This document shows positions 19,751 to 30,026 of a stretch of 64,000 nucleotides of DNA, piece by piece (the first letter of the stretch is position 1; every line of letters begins with the position of its first letter). The position numbers were made by a program, and so were the translations under genes. The notes below the pieces were generated by a model. The model did no database searches, was not told the DNA's origin, and was given only the letters and a program-made list of their open reading frames with translations. The stretch is from Candidatus Latescibacterota bacterium (GTDB taxonomy: Bacteria; Latescibacterota; UBA2968; UBA8231), in contig CBDETK010000013.1 of the NCBI GenBank assembly GCA_965242865.1, positions 2,784,001-2,848,000 of the forward strand. Reading direction: 5' to 3'.

Positions 19751-21133
19751 ATGGACGAGATAACACTCAAGAACTTCCGCTGCTTCCGCGAAGAGCAGAC
19801 CGCCCGCCTCGCGCCGCTGACGCTACTCGTTGGCGAAAATAGTACGGGCAAGACTTCTTTCATGGCGATGATTCGGGCACTGTGGGATGTCGCCTATGGG
19901 CGTCAGGCACCGGATTTTAAGAAAGCTCCTTACGATCTGGGTAGTTTCGACGAAATTGCCCACTACCGAGGGGGCAGGGGAGGCAGGGCCGAGACCTTTG
20001 AGGCTGGGTTTAAGGTCGCCCCAAGATCTGTGCGCCGGAAAAGACGACACACCACCCCTAACAACCAACCCTATCTTTTTGAGATGACTTTCAAGAAAAA
20101 GGGGACCGTACCTATCCCTGTGAATATGCGGCTTTCTAACCAAGATGCTTGGGTCGAGAGCCTGTTTGAAGATCAGTCTTGGCAGATCAGTTTCGGAACA
20201 TCCAGAGGGGTTTGGAAGTCTCCCGATGGCTTCCGAGACCGATTAGATGCCGATCTCGACCTGAACCACCCGATATGGCTCTTTTACTACTATCTAATAG
20301 ATCGGAAGATGGTTGGAAATCAAGAAAGTGAAACAGCCCCAATCACATTTCAAGATTCTGAGTTGCTTACTGATAAAGATTGGGAACTAATCAACCAACT
20401 TATTAGGGTTCACAGACAGAGGAATTTTGAATATCATAGACGGCAGCCATACGCTAGTGCTCCGGTCCGCTCCAAGCCGCGCAGAACCTATGATCCCGCT
20501 CGTTGGTCACCGGATTCTGAGGGCGAATACGTTCCCATGTATCTCGCCGACTTGTACTTCCAAGACCAGCGCAGTTGGACAGAAATGAAAAAGGCTCTAG
20601 AGAGCTTTGGGCAAGCTGCTGGTCTCTTTGATAAAATCTCCATTAAACCGCTGGGGAGAAGGTCCAGTGAACCTTTTCAAGTGCAGGTCAGGAAATTCGA
20701 TGGCGGATTAAAAGGTCCACAGCGCAACCTGATCGACGTCGGCTATGGCGTCAGCCAGATGTTGCCCGTAATAACCGATCTGTTGCGTCATAATGCACCA
20801 CCTATGTTTCTGTTACAGCAGCCAGAAGTGCATCTTCACCCTAGTGCTCAGGCGGCTCTCGGCAGCTTGTTTTGCGAAGTTGCCAATCCGGGTCGGCAAT
20901 TGATAATCGAGACCCACAGCGACCACTTGCTCGACCGGGTGCGGATGGACGTGCGCGACGGCACAACGCCGTTGAAACCCGACGATGTGTCCATTCTGTT
21001 CTTTGAGCGCGGCGGTCTGGATGTGCATATTCACTTGCTCCAAATCGACGAAGAGGGAAACATCTTGGACGCACCCGATGGCTACCGACAGTTCTTCATG
21101 GAAGAAACGGCGAGGTCTTTATGGAAGAGATAG
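19751..21133 (+). CDS. ABC-type ATPase (AAA_15/AAA_21-like)
   Basis: LKNFRCF, GENSTGKT, VGYGVSQ, LLQQPEVHLHP, IETHSDH. Confidence 0.85.
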   Translation: MDEITLKNFRCFREEQTARLAPLTLLVGENSTGKTSFMAMIRALWDVAYGRQAPDFKKAPYDLGSFDEIAHYRGGRGGRAETFEAGFKVAPRSVRRKRRHTTPNNQPYLFEMTFKKKGTVPIPVNMRLSNQDAWVESLFEDQSWQISFGTSRGVWKSPDGFRDRLDADLDLNHPIWLFYYYLIDRKMVGNQESETAPITFQDSELLTDKDWELINQLIRVHRQRNFEYHRRQPYASAPVRSKPRRTYDPARWSPDSEGEYVPMYLADLYFQDQRSWTEMKKALESFGQAAGLFDKISIKPLGRRSSEPFQVQVRKFDGGLKGPQRNLIDVGYGVSQMLPVITDLLRHNAPPMFLLQQPEVHLHPSAQAALGSLFCEVANPGRQLIIETHSDHLLDRVRMDVRDGTTPLKPDDVSILFFERGGLDVHIHLLQIDEEGNILDAPDGYRQFFMEETARSLWKR

Positions 21134-21151
21134 TCTATAGGAACCTGAAGA

Positions 21152-21619
21152 ATGTGTGCCATTGTTGACGCCAACGTCGCATCTGAGGTATTTGGTTCTA
21201 AGCCACCGCCAGCAGGAGAGAAGTTCTTTGAATGGCTCAACAAAGGAAATGGCCGGTTGGTGGTCGGCGGCAAGCTGCTTGAGGAACTTGAAAAGAGTTT
21301 GGCGGATTTCAGACGCTGGGGACAGCAGGCTCAGATTGCTGGAAGAATGAGAGTCGTAAATAAAAGAGAAGTTGACGCAAGGACGGAGCAGATCCAGCGT
21401 GAGGATGCAATCAGTTCCGATGATCCACATGTCATTGCCTTGGCTCAAGTCAGCGGAGCCCGGCTGTTGTACTCGAATGATGGCGACTTACAGAAGGATT
21501 TCAGAAACGGAGAACTGATTGACGATCCCCGCGGTAAAGTTTATTCGACACGTAGGAATAAGAGCTTCCAGCACAGTCACGACAAGCTGCTAAAAAACAA
21601 AAAGTTATGCCGTCGATGA
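21152..21619 (+). CDS. PIN-like domain protein
   Basis: IVDANV, SDDPHVIALA..SGARLLYSND..L..DF. Confidence 0.78.
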   Translation: MCAIVDANVASEVFGSKPPPAGEKFFEWLNKGNGRLVVGGKLLEELEKSLADFRRWGQQAQIAGRMRVVNKREVDARTEQIQREDAISSDDPHVIALAQVSGARLLYSNDGDLQKDFRNGELIDDPRGKVYSTRRNKSFQHSHDKLLKNKKLCRR

Positions 21620-21668
21620 TTTGGGGCTAAAGCCCTACGCTGCTATAGCCATCCTACATCATTCAAGA

Positions 21669-21696
21669 CTGGATTCCCGCTTTCGCGGGAATGACG
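21669..21696. repeat. REP-like palindrome (ATTCCC-N8-GGGAAT type)
   Basis: CTGGATTCCCGCTTTCGCGGGAATGACG; a related copy lies at 48572-48626. Confidence 0.7.
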
Positions 21697-21773
21697 CCTC
21701 GTAAGCAAAAAACAGTGCCGATGAACGTTCCATGCTTTCAAGTCACTTAGGACTGTTATAGGACACGAAAATT

Positions 21774-23777
21774 ATGCAAAAACTCATTGCTAACGACCCA
21801 GAGACGCGCTCGGCGGACATGGTGGCTGATAACATCAAACACCTGAAGACCCTGTTTCCCGAAGCCGTTGCCGAGGACAAGATCGACTTCGAGGTGCTCA
21901 GGCAGCTGCTGGGCGGCGAGATCGCCGATCGCGAGGAGAAGTACGGCCTCAACTGGCACGGCAAGTGCCGGGCGCGGCAGCTTGCTCTGACGCCTTCGAC
22001 CGGCACTCTGCGCCCCTGCCCGGAGGAAAGCGTCGATTGGGAAACGACGCAAAACCTGATGATCGAGGGCGACAACCTAGAGGTGCTCAAGCTGTTGCAG
22101 AAGAGCTACGCTGGGAAGGTGAAGCTGATTTACATTGACCCGCCGTACAACACGGGGAAGGACTTCGTCTATCCCGACGACTACCGGGATAGCATGCGGA
22201 ATTATCAGAAGTTGACGGGACAGACCGGCGACGATAACCGAAAGTTGTCGTCGAATACGGAGGCATCGGGACGGTTCCACACGGACTGGCTGAACATGAT
22301 GTATCCACGGCTGAAGTTGGCGCGGAATCTACTGACATCCGATGGAGCTATTTTCGCATCAATAGACGAAATGGAGCATACGCGCCTTCGAGTAGCAATG
22401 GACGAAATTTTCGGTCAAGAGAACTTTGTTGCCGACATGGTGTGGGCAGCAGGCCGCAAGAATGATTCAAAGCTTATCTCCGTATCTCACGAATATATCG
22501 TTTGTTACGTGCGCGATCATGGACACCTGCGCGAGCAAAAAATTTTGTGGAGACAGCGAAAAAAAGGACTCGAAGATATATACGCGCAATACAAAAAAAT
22601 CAATAGACAATACGGCGATGACTTTGCGGCAATGACCAAGGCATTGAAGCGGTGGTATAGGGACCTGCCTGATAGTCATCCGGCAAAGGCACACAAACAC
22701 TATTCTCAGGTTGACAGGCGAGGTATTTACTTTCGTGACAATATCTCATGGCCAGGTGGTGGAGGCCCGAAATACGAAGTTCTGCACCCCGTTACAAAAA
22801 AACCTGTAATGGTTCCATCGCGAGGTTGGATGACGAGTGACCCTATAAAAATGAAAAACTGGATCGATGAAGACCTCGTCCACTTTGGACGAGACGAAAC
22901 AGGTGTGCCCTGTATCAAATCGTACCTTGTGGACAGAGAATATCAAGTGCCGTATAGTGTTTTCTACCAAGATGGAAGATCCGCTTTTAAGCGACTGCGT
23001 TCCTTGATGGGAGCACCCTGTTTTGATCACCCTAAAGATGAAAATATGCTTCAAGAAATCGTCGGCATGATGACTTCCAAAGACGACATTTGCTTAGACT
23101 GCTTTGCCGGTTCAGGTACGTTCTACCATTCCGTCACGGCTCAGAACGCCTTGGATGGAGGGAAGCGACGTTGTTTATTGGTCCAACTCCCGGAACGCCT
23201 CGATCCAAGTATTAAGGAGCAGAAAATTGCCGCAGAATACTGTGATTCCATTGGTAAGCCCCGCACCATAGCGGAGTTGACGAAAGAGCGTCTTCGCCGT
23301 ACGGGAAGCAAGATCAAGGAAGCGAATCCGCAATTCACGGGCGACCTCGGCTTCCGCGTCTTCAAACTGGGCACGTCCAACATCCACGCTTGGGAGCCGG
23401 ATGGCGACGACCTAAAACAGACGCTACTCGACAGCATCGACCACATCAAATCGGATCGAACCCAAGACGACATCCTCTACGAGTTGCTACTCAAGCTCGG
23501 CCTCGACTTGTGCGTCCCCGTCGAGACCCGGACCATCGCGGGCAAGGCCGTGCGTTCCATCGGGGCCGGCACGTTGATCTCCTGCCTCGACGAGCACATC
23601 GCCCGCAAGGAAGTCGATTCGCTGGCCCTCGGCATGGCTGATTGGCACAAGCAACTCGAACCTACGGGCGACGCCACGGTGATTTTCCGCGACAGTGCCT
23701 TTGAGGACGATGTGGCTAAGACGAACTTGGCGGCCATTCTGGAGCAGCACGGTCTCGGCAACGTGCGGAGTCTATAA
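21774..23777 (+). CDS. mod: Type III R-M methyltransferase subunit, allele 1
   Basis: EKYGLNWHGK, IEGDNLEVLK, IYIDPPYNTG, CFAGSGT, VIFRDSAF. Confidence 0.92.
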   Translation: MQKLIANDPETRSADMVADNIKHLKTLFPEAVAEDKIDFEVLRQLLGGEIADREEKYGLNWHGKCRARQLALTPSTGTLRPCPEESVDWETTQNLMIEGDNLEVLKLLQKSYAGKVKLIYIDPPYNTGKDFVYPDDYRDSMRNYQKLTGQTGDDNRKLSSNTEASGRFHTDWLNMMYPRLKLARNLLTSDGAIFASIDEMEHTRLRVAMDEIFGQENFVADMVWAAGRKNDSKLISVSHEYIVCYVRDHGHLREQKILWRQRKKGLEDIYAQYKKINRQYGDDFAAMTKALKRWYRDLPDSHPAKAHKHYSQVDRRGIYFRDNISWPGGGGPKYEVLHPVTKKPVMVPSRGWMTSDPIKMKNWIDEDLVHFGRDETGVPCIKSYLVDREYQVPYSVFYQDGRSAFKRLRSLMGAPCFDHPKDENMLQEIVGMMTSKDDICLDCFAGSGTFYHSVTAQNALDGGKRRCLLVQLPERLDPSIKEQKIAAEYCDSIGKPRTIAELTKERLRRTGSKIKEANPQFTGDLGFRVFKLGTSNIHAWEPDGDDLKQTLLDSIDHIKSDRTQDDILYELLLKLGLDLCVPVETRTIAGKAVRSIGAGTLISCLDEHIARKEVDSLALGMADWHKQLEPTGDATVIFRDSAFEDDVAKTNLAAILEQHGLGNVRSL

Positions 23778-23856
23778 ACACCGCTAAAGTTGATGGTTCG
23801 CCATCCCATTCCCTTCTGATGAGGGGCGAATGACGAAAAGGTAAGGAGATAGGACG

Positions 23857-24096
23857 ATGCCTAATGACAGAGCATGGAACGAGACGCTGATTGAAAGAAA
23901 CGTGACGTACCATATTGAGTTCGATGGGCGGCTCTTCCTCATTGAAAACGTCCCGGCACGAGTCAATGTCGAGACGGGTGAAAGGCATTTCTCACCGGAG
24001 ACCGTTGAGCACTTGCAGCAAGCGGTGTGGGACCAATGCCGCCCCGTTCGCACCATTGAGACGCCGGTTTATGATTATGCAAAAACTCATTGCTAA
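23857..24096 (+). CDS. YgiT-type zinc-finger-like protein (orphan antitoxin-like)
   Basis: VTY..E.DG...LIENVPARV..ETGE..FSPETVE.LQ; AAGGAG RBS; its 3' end runs into the mod2 start. Confidence 0.75.
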   Translation: MPNDRAWNETLIERNVTYHIEFDGRLFLIENVPARVNVETGERHFSPETVEHLQQAVWDQCRPVRTIETPVYDYAKTHC

Positions 24097-26026
24097 CGAC
24101 CCAGAGACGCGCTCGGCGGACATGGTGGCTGATAACATCGAGCACCTAAAGGCCCTGTTTCCCGAAGCCGTTGCCGAGGACAAGATCGACTTCGAGGTGC
24201 TCAAGCAACTGCTGGGCGACGAGGTAGAAGATCGCGAGGAGAAGTACGGCCTCAACTGGCACGGCAAGCACCGGGCGCGGCAGCTTGCCCTGACGCCTTC
24301 GACCGGCACCCTGCGCCCCTGCCCAGAGGAAAGCGTCGATTGGGACACGACGCAAAACCTGATGATCGAGGGCGACAACCTAGAGGTGCTCAAGCTGTTG
24401 CAGAAGAGCTACGCCGGAAAGGTGAAGCTGATTTACATTGACCCGCCGTACAACACGGGGAAGGACTTCGTCTATCCCGACGATTATCGGGACAGTATGC
24501 GGAATTATCAGAAGTTGACAGGGCAGACGGATGGACAGAACGGCAAGGTGTCGTCGAACACGGAGACATCGGGACGGTTCCACACGGACTGGCTAAACAT
24601 GATGTATCCACGCTTGAAGGTAGCAAGGAATTTGCTAACAAGTGACGGTATAATACTCATATCCATAGGGGACGAGGAGTTGCACAATCTGCGAGTCGTC
24701 TGTGACGAAATTTTTGGCTACGAAAATTTTTGTGGCACCTTTATATGGGAAAAAAAGAAGAAACCTTCTTTTTTGGATCGGAACATGGGTACAGTCACGG
24801 ATTACATTGTCGCCTATGCAAAAGACCGTTCACAATCTCCGGCCTTTACAACTGGGTCGGTCGAAAAAGAAAAGAAATATCCCTTTAACAATGCGGGCAA
24901 CAACATGGCCGTGTTGGAATTTCCAGCGGCAAGCGTGACCTTCGGGATTAACGATCAGATCGTTACAGCCCAAGACATGTCTGAGGGGAACATCAAGACC
25001 GTGTTGCTCGACGATGTTCACATTGTAAAAGGGAGAAACAGCAATGCTTTTCGGCTACTTGGTGAATGGCGGTACTCGCAAGCCAAACTCAACGAATTCG
25101 TAGCTGCCAACGCAGATATTCTTATCAGCAGGGTTCCGTTTCGTCCCAACTACGTGAATCAGTCGGGCGACGAGAAAAAGATAGCGAACCTTCTTTCCTA
25201 CAGAATCAACGCTGTTCAGACCAACGAAGATGCCACTCAGCAAACACGAGAAATTTTTGGCGCGGATGTTGTCTCCTATCCCAAGCCGGAAGGCTTGCTC
25301 AAGTACTTGATAAGGGCCGTTTCGCGGGAGGACGATATTATTTTGGATTTTTTTGCCGGCTCAGGGACGACAGCTTCGGGCGTCTGGAGGCAAAATGCTG
25401 AAGATTCGTGCTCGCGGCGCTTCATCTTAGTGCAGTTGCCCCAACCGCTCGATACGAAAGACCAGGCTCAGGTGGTTGGGGCCGATTTCTGCGACCAAAT
25501 TGGACGATCCCGCAACTTAGCGGAGTTGACGAAAGAGCGACTACGCAGATCCGCGAAACAAATCGCAAAAGAGACACCGCTTTTCGCAGGCGACTTTGGC
25601 TTTTTAGTCCTCAAGCTCGCGACCTCAAACATTCAATCTTGGATCACCAAATCTGAAAATCTCGAGCAATCCATCCTTGACCATGTAGAAAATATAAAGA
25701 AAGGCCGAACCGACTACGACCTCCTTTTTGAACTCATGTTGAAGATGGGTCTCGATCTCTGTGTTTCCATCGAATCGCGAGTGATTGCAGGAAGGACTGT
25801 GTACTCAATCGGTGCTGGAATACTGTTTGCCTGCTTTGAGCATGATCTTGTACAAGAAGAAGCTCAGCAACTCGGATTCGGCATCTCGGCGTGGCAAAAA
25901 GAACAGTCTCCGGCCAGTGAAAGCACCGTTATCTTTCGAGACAGCGGCTTTGTTGACGATAGAGCAAAGCTAAATCTAACCGCCGCCCTAGAGCAGTCCG
26001 GCGTGACAAATATCAGGAGTCTTTAA
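24077..26026 (+). CDS. mod: Type III R-M methyltransferase subunit, allele 2
   Basis: First ~185 aa near-identical to allele 1; DPPY and FFAGSGT present; different TRD. Confidence 0.92.
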   Translation: MQKLIANDPETRSADMVADNIEHLKALFPEAVAEDKIDFEVLKQLLGDEVEDREEKYGLNWHGKHRARQLALTPSTGTLRPCPEESVDWDTTQNLMIEGDNLEVLKLLQKSYAGKVKLIYIDPPYNTGKDFVYPDDYRDSMRNYQKLTGQTDGQNGKVSSNTETSGRFHTDWLNMMYPRLKVARNLLTSDGIILISIGDEELHNLRVVCDEIFGYENFCGTFIWEKKKKPSFLDRNMGTVTDYIVAYAKDRSQSPAFTTGSVEKEKKYPFNNAGNNMAVLEFPAASVTFGINDQIVTAQDMSEGNIKTVLLDDVHIVKGRNSNAFRLLGEWRYSQAKLNEFVAANADILISRVPFRPNYVNQSGDEKKIANLLSYRINAVQTNEDATQQTREIFGADVVSYPKPEGLLKYLIRAVSREDDIILDFFAGSGTTASGVWRQNAEDSCSRRFILVQLPQPLDTKDQAQVVGADFCDQIGRSRNLAELTKERLRRSAKQIAKETPLFAGDFGFLVLKLATSNIQSWITKSENLEQSILDHVENIKKGRTDYDLLFELMLKMGLDLCVSIESRVIAGRTVYSIGAGILFACFEHDLVQEEAQQLGFGISAWQKEQSPASESTVIFRDSGFVDDRAKLNLTAALEQSGVTNIRSL

Positions 26027-26029
26027 CCG

Positions 26030-27037
26030 ATGACCAATCACCTCCCTACAGGGTCTTTCTCAACATGGAAGGTAGCTGAGTTTAGGGACTCGCTAAATTC
26101 GACGTTGAAGGAAGATCGAAAAAAAGGAGACGCGCAGCTACGTCTCTATTTTTACGCCGTAACGAAGCGAGGATGGGATGAAATTCGCACGAGCACTTTG
26201 AGCTGGATGAGATTCGATCGGCGTCGTAAAGTATTCGCGTATGTTGGAACGGATCATGCGATCACAGATCCGGAAGGATTGAAAGCCATGGCTGATGACG
26301 GCGTCACTGTTCGCCTTATGAGCAACTATCGGGGCGTATTTCATCCGAAGGTTGTATGGCTCGATCACTCTACACGATGCCGAGTGTGGATTGGTAGTAA
26401 CAATCTCACTCGCGATGGACTGATCAACAACATCGAATTTGCCGCGATGATCCAGTCAGACGACGCTCCTCAAGAACTTAGAAAATGGGCTGATGAGATT
26501 CACGCAGGAAGCATTACACTGACGGAGGATAACCTAAGTTCCTATCGAAATGAGCGTCATAAGTTCGAGAGAGCACACATGCGAGCCGGGATGGCAACAT
26601 TTACTTGGTGTTTGAAGCGCGAGCCGCCCGCTGCAAAGCGATCTGTTGCTAAGGTCGATCTTATCGTCGAGGTTATGCCCAAGGAGACTGGGGCTGGCGG
26701 CAAACATATTCAGATCCCTATCCAAGCGGCAAAAGAATTTTTCAAACTCAGCGGTTCCAGAAAAGTTACTCTGACCGAAAAGAACAACAGGCGGTCGAAA
26801 CGCGAATTAACAATGACGTTATTTCCAAACCGTACTGTCCGGCTCGTCATCAATGAATTGGAATACCGCGATCGCCCATGCGTTGTTCTCTTTCATAGAA
26901 CGGGCTCAGACCGATACCAGTTTGAAATCATTCCCGAATCTATTTTTCCGACTCGATACAGAAGTCTGCTCGCGCTCTGTGACCGCCAGACACATCCCAA
27001 GAGCAGACGCTGGGGCATCGTAAAAAACGCACCATGA
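26030..27037 (+). CDS. Phospholipase D (HKD) family nuclease, BfiI/NgoFVII-like
   Basis: FHPKVVWLD...WIGSNNLT...NIE single HKD motif; coupled to res (ATGA). Confidence 0.72.
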   Translation: MTNHLPTGSFSTWKVAEFRDSLNSTLKEDRKKGDAQLRLYFYAVTKRGWDEIRTSTLSWMRFDRRRKVFAYVGTDHAITDPEGLKAMADDGVTVRLMSNYRGVFHPKVVWLDHSTRCRVWIGSNNLTRDGLINNIEFAAMIQSDDAPQELRKWADEIHAGSITLTEDNLSSYRNERHKFERAHMRAGMATFTWCLKREPPAAKRSVAKVDLIVEVMPKETGAGGKHIQIPIQAAKEFFKLSGSRKVTLTEKNNRRSKRELTMTLFPNRTVRLVINELEYRDRPCVVLFHRTGSDRYQFEIIPESIFPTRYRSLLALCDRQTHPKSRRWGIVKNAP

Positions 27038-29991
27038 AACTCCACTTTGAACCCAACCTCGACTACCAACTCCAAGCCATTGAAGCAGTCTGCGACCTGT
27101 TTCGCGGCCAAGAGGTCTGCCGCTCCGAATTCACAGTCGTACGCAATGCGGCGGATGCTCAGGCTGGCCTCGGCTTTGCAGAAAGCGATCTGGGCACCGG
27201 CAATCGCCTAAACCTGCCCGATGAGGAGATATTCGCCAATCTCAACGATGTCCAACTCCGCAACGGCTTGCTTCCTTCGGCCTCCTTGGATTCGGGCGAT
27301 TTCACCGTGGAGATGGAGACCGGCACCGGCAAGACCTATGTGTACCTACGCACCATCTTCGAGCTAAACAAACGCTACGGCTTCACCAAGTTCGTCATCG
27401 TCGTGCCGTCGGTCGCCATCAAGGAGGGCGTGTACAAGTCGCTCCAGATCACCGCCGACCACTTCCGGGCACTCTACTCGGGCACGCCCTTTGAATACTT
27501 CCTCTACGACTCGGCCAAACTCGGTCAAGTGCGAAACTTTGCCACCAGTCCGCAGATTCAGATCATGGTGGTAACGGTTGGTGCTATTAACAAAAGGGAC
27601 GTCAACAACCTCTATAAGGACAGCGAGAAGACGGGCGGCGAAAAGCCGATTGACCTAATCCGGGCCACGCGCCCCATCCTGATCGTCGATGAGCCGCAGA
27701 GCGTAGATGGTGGTTTGCAGGGGCGCGGTAGAGAAGCCCTCGGCGCCATGAATCCCCTCTGCACGCTGCGCTACTCGGCGACACACGCCGACGAGCACCA
27801 GATGGTCTATCGGCTCGACGCGGTAGATGCCTACGAGCGCAAGCTGGTCAAGCAAATCGAGGTAGCATCGGCGACCGTCGAAGACGCCCACAACAAGCCC
27901 TACGTCCGCCTAGTGTCAACGCGCAACTTGCGCGGCACGATCCGCGCCAGGGTCGAACTCGATGTCGAAACGGCGACTGGGATCCGGCGGCGGGAAGTCG
28001 CGGTCCAAGATGGAGACGATCTCGAACAAACCACCAAACGTGCGATCTACCACAATTGCCGCATCGGCGAAATTCGCGTCAAAAAGGGCGACGAATTCGT
28101 CGAGTTGCGCGTACCCGGCGGCGAACACTTTCTCCGGCTGGGAGAAGCCTACGGCGACGTGGATGCGCTCGCTGTCCAGCGCGAGATGATTCGCCGCACC
28201 ATTCGCGAGCACTTCGACAAAGAGAAGCACCTGCGCCCGCAAGGGGTCAAGGTGCTCAGTCTGTTTTTCATCGATGCGGTAGATCGCTACCGGCAGTACG
28301 ACCACGCGGGTCAGCCGGTCAAGGGCGACTACGCCCAGATTTTTGAGGAAGAGTATCGGCGTCTCTCCACGCATCCAGACTACCAGCACCTCTTTGACAA
28401 CGCGCGCGTCGAGGATGTCCACAACGGCTACTTCTCCATCGACAAAAAGGGGGGCTGGACAGATACCGCCGAGAACAACCAGCCCCAGCGCGACAACGCC
28501 GAGCGAGCTTACAACCTGATCATGCGGGACAAAGAGAAGCTCCTGAGCCTAGAGACGCCGCTCAAGTTCATCTTCTCGCACTCAGCCCTGCGCGAAGGCT
28601 GGGACAACCCCAACGTCTTTCAACTATGTACGCTCCGCACCATTCGCACCGAGCGGGAGCGGAGGCAGACCATCGGGCGCGGCCTGCGCCTGTGCGTCAA
28701 TCAAAAAGGCGAGCGGCAACGCGGCTTCGGGGTCAATACGCTCACGGTCATTGCTACGGAGAGCTACGAAGAATTTGCCGAGAACCTCCAGCAGGAAATC
28801 GAGACCGACACCGGCATCCGCTTCGGCGTCGTAGAGGCGCACCAGTTTGCGGCCATTCCGGTCATCGGCACGGATGGACAGACGACGGCTCTCGGTTCCG
28901 CAGCGTCGAAGAATTTGTGGGACCATCTGAAAGCAGAGGGATATATCGACGCGACCGGGCGAATCGAGGACGCGCTCCGAGCGGCCCTCAAGGACGATAC
29001 CTTCAGCGTACCCGAGGAATTCGTCGATCAGCGTCGAGAGATCGCCAAGGTGCTACGCAAATTCGCCGGGCGTCTAACCATCAAAAACGCCGACGAGCGC
29101 CGCTCAATTCGCCCGCGCCGCGCCGTGCTCCACAGCCAAGAGTTCAGGGCGCTGTGGGACCGCATCAAACACAAGACCACGTACCGCGTCGAGTTCGATA
29201 ACCGAGCCCTGCTCGCACAGTGCATCAAAGCACTGGACGATGCCCCGCCGATCCCTCGTCCCCGGCTCCAGTGGCGCAAGGCCGACATCGCCATCGGCCA
29301 ATCAGGAGTCGAGGCGACCGAACGCGCGGGGGCAGCCTTAGTGGGGCTGGACGAAGCCGAGATAGAGCTACCCGATGTGCTCACTGAGCTTCAGGACCGG
29401 ACGCAACTCACGCGCCGCAGCATACAGCGCATCCTCTGTGCGACCGAACGCCTCGCCGATTTCGAGCGAAACCCGCAACCATTCATCGAACTCGCCGCGC
29501 AAGCCATCAACCGCTGCAAGCGTCTCGCCTTGGTCGATGGCGTCAAGTACCAGCGTCTCGGCGACGAGTGCTACTATGCACAGAAGCTCTTTGAAAACGA
29601 GGAACTAACCGGCTATCTGAAGAACGTACTTTCGGACACGACGAAGTCCGTGTACGATCAGGTCGTGTACGACTCCGAAACGGAGAAATCCTTTGCCGAG
29701 CAGTTGGAGAACAACACTGAGGTCAAGGTGTACGCCAAGCTGCCGGGATGGTTCACGGTGCCGACGCCGCTTGGAAGCTATAACCCAGACTGGGCCGTGT
29801 TCGTGGAGAAAGACGGAGGCGAGCGGCTGTATTTTGTAGTCGAAACGAAAGCCAGCCTGTTCGCCAGCGATCTCCGCGATGCCGAAAGAGCCAAGATCGA
29901 GTGTGGCAAGGCGCACTTTGCCGCACTCACCGTGAGCGAGTCGCCGGTGCATTACCAAACGGCCCGCTCCCTAGAAGACGTATCCTGTTGA
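27034..29991 (+). CDS. res: Type III R-M restriction subunit
   Basis: VEMETGTGKT, VDEPQ, RYSATH, LREGWDNPNVFQ, QTIGRGLRL, YNPDWA...VVETK. Confidence 0.95.
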   Translation: MKLHFEPNLDYQLQAIEAVCDLFRGQEVCRSEFTVVRNAADAQAGLGFAESDLGTGNRLNLPDEEIFANLNDVQLRNGLLPSASLDSGDFTVEMETGTGKTYVYLRTIFELNKRYGFTKFVIVVPSVAIKEGVYKSLQITADHFRALYSGTPFEYFLYDSAKLGQVRNFATSPQIQIMVVTVGAINKRDVNNLYKDSEKTGGEKPIDLIRATRPILIVDEPQSVDGGLQGRGREALGAMNPLCTLRYSATHADEHQMVYRLDAVDAYERKLVKQIEVASATVEDAHNKPYVRLVSTRNLRGTIRARVELDVETATGIRRREVAVQDGDDLEQTTKRAIYHNCRIGEIRVKKGDEFVELRVPGGEHFLRLGEAYGDVDALAVQREMIRRTIREHFDKEKHLRPQGVKVLSLFFIDAVDRYRQYDHAGQPVKGDYAQIFEEEYRRLSTHPDYQHLFDNARVEDVHNGYFSIDKKGGWTDTAENNQPQRDNAERAYNLIMRDKEKLLSLETPLKFIFSHSALREGWDNPNVFQLCTLRTIRTERERRQTIGRGLRLCVNQKGERQRGFGVNTLTVIATESYEEFAENLQQEIETDTGIRFGVVEAHQFAAIPVIGTDGQTTALGSAASKNLWDHLKAEGYIDATGRIEDALRAALKDDTFSVPEEFVDQRREIAKVLRKFAGRLTIKNADERRSIRPRRAVLHSQEFRALWDRIKHKTTYRVEFDNRALLAQCIKALDDAPPIPRPRLQWRKADIAIGQSGVEATERAGAALVGLDEAEIELPDVLTELQDRTQLTRRSIQRILCATERLADFERNPQPFIELAAQAINRCKRLALVDGVKYQRLGDECYYAQKLFENEELTGYLKNVLSDTTKSVYDQVVYDSETEKSFAEQLENNTEVKVYAKLPGWFTVPTPLGSYNPDWAVFVEKDGGERLYFVVETKASLFASDLRDAERAKIECGKAHFAALTVSESPVHYQTARSLEDVSC

Positions 29992-30026
29992 TCCTATTCC
30001 CGATTCACCACCCAAAGGAACCCACC

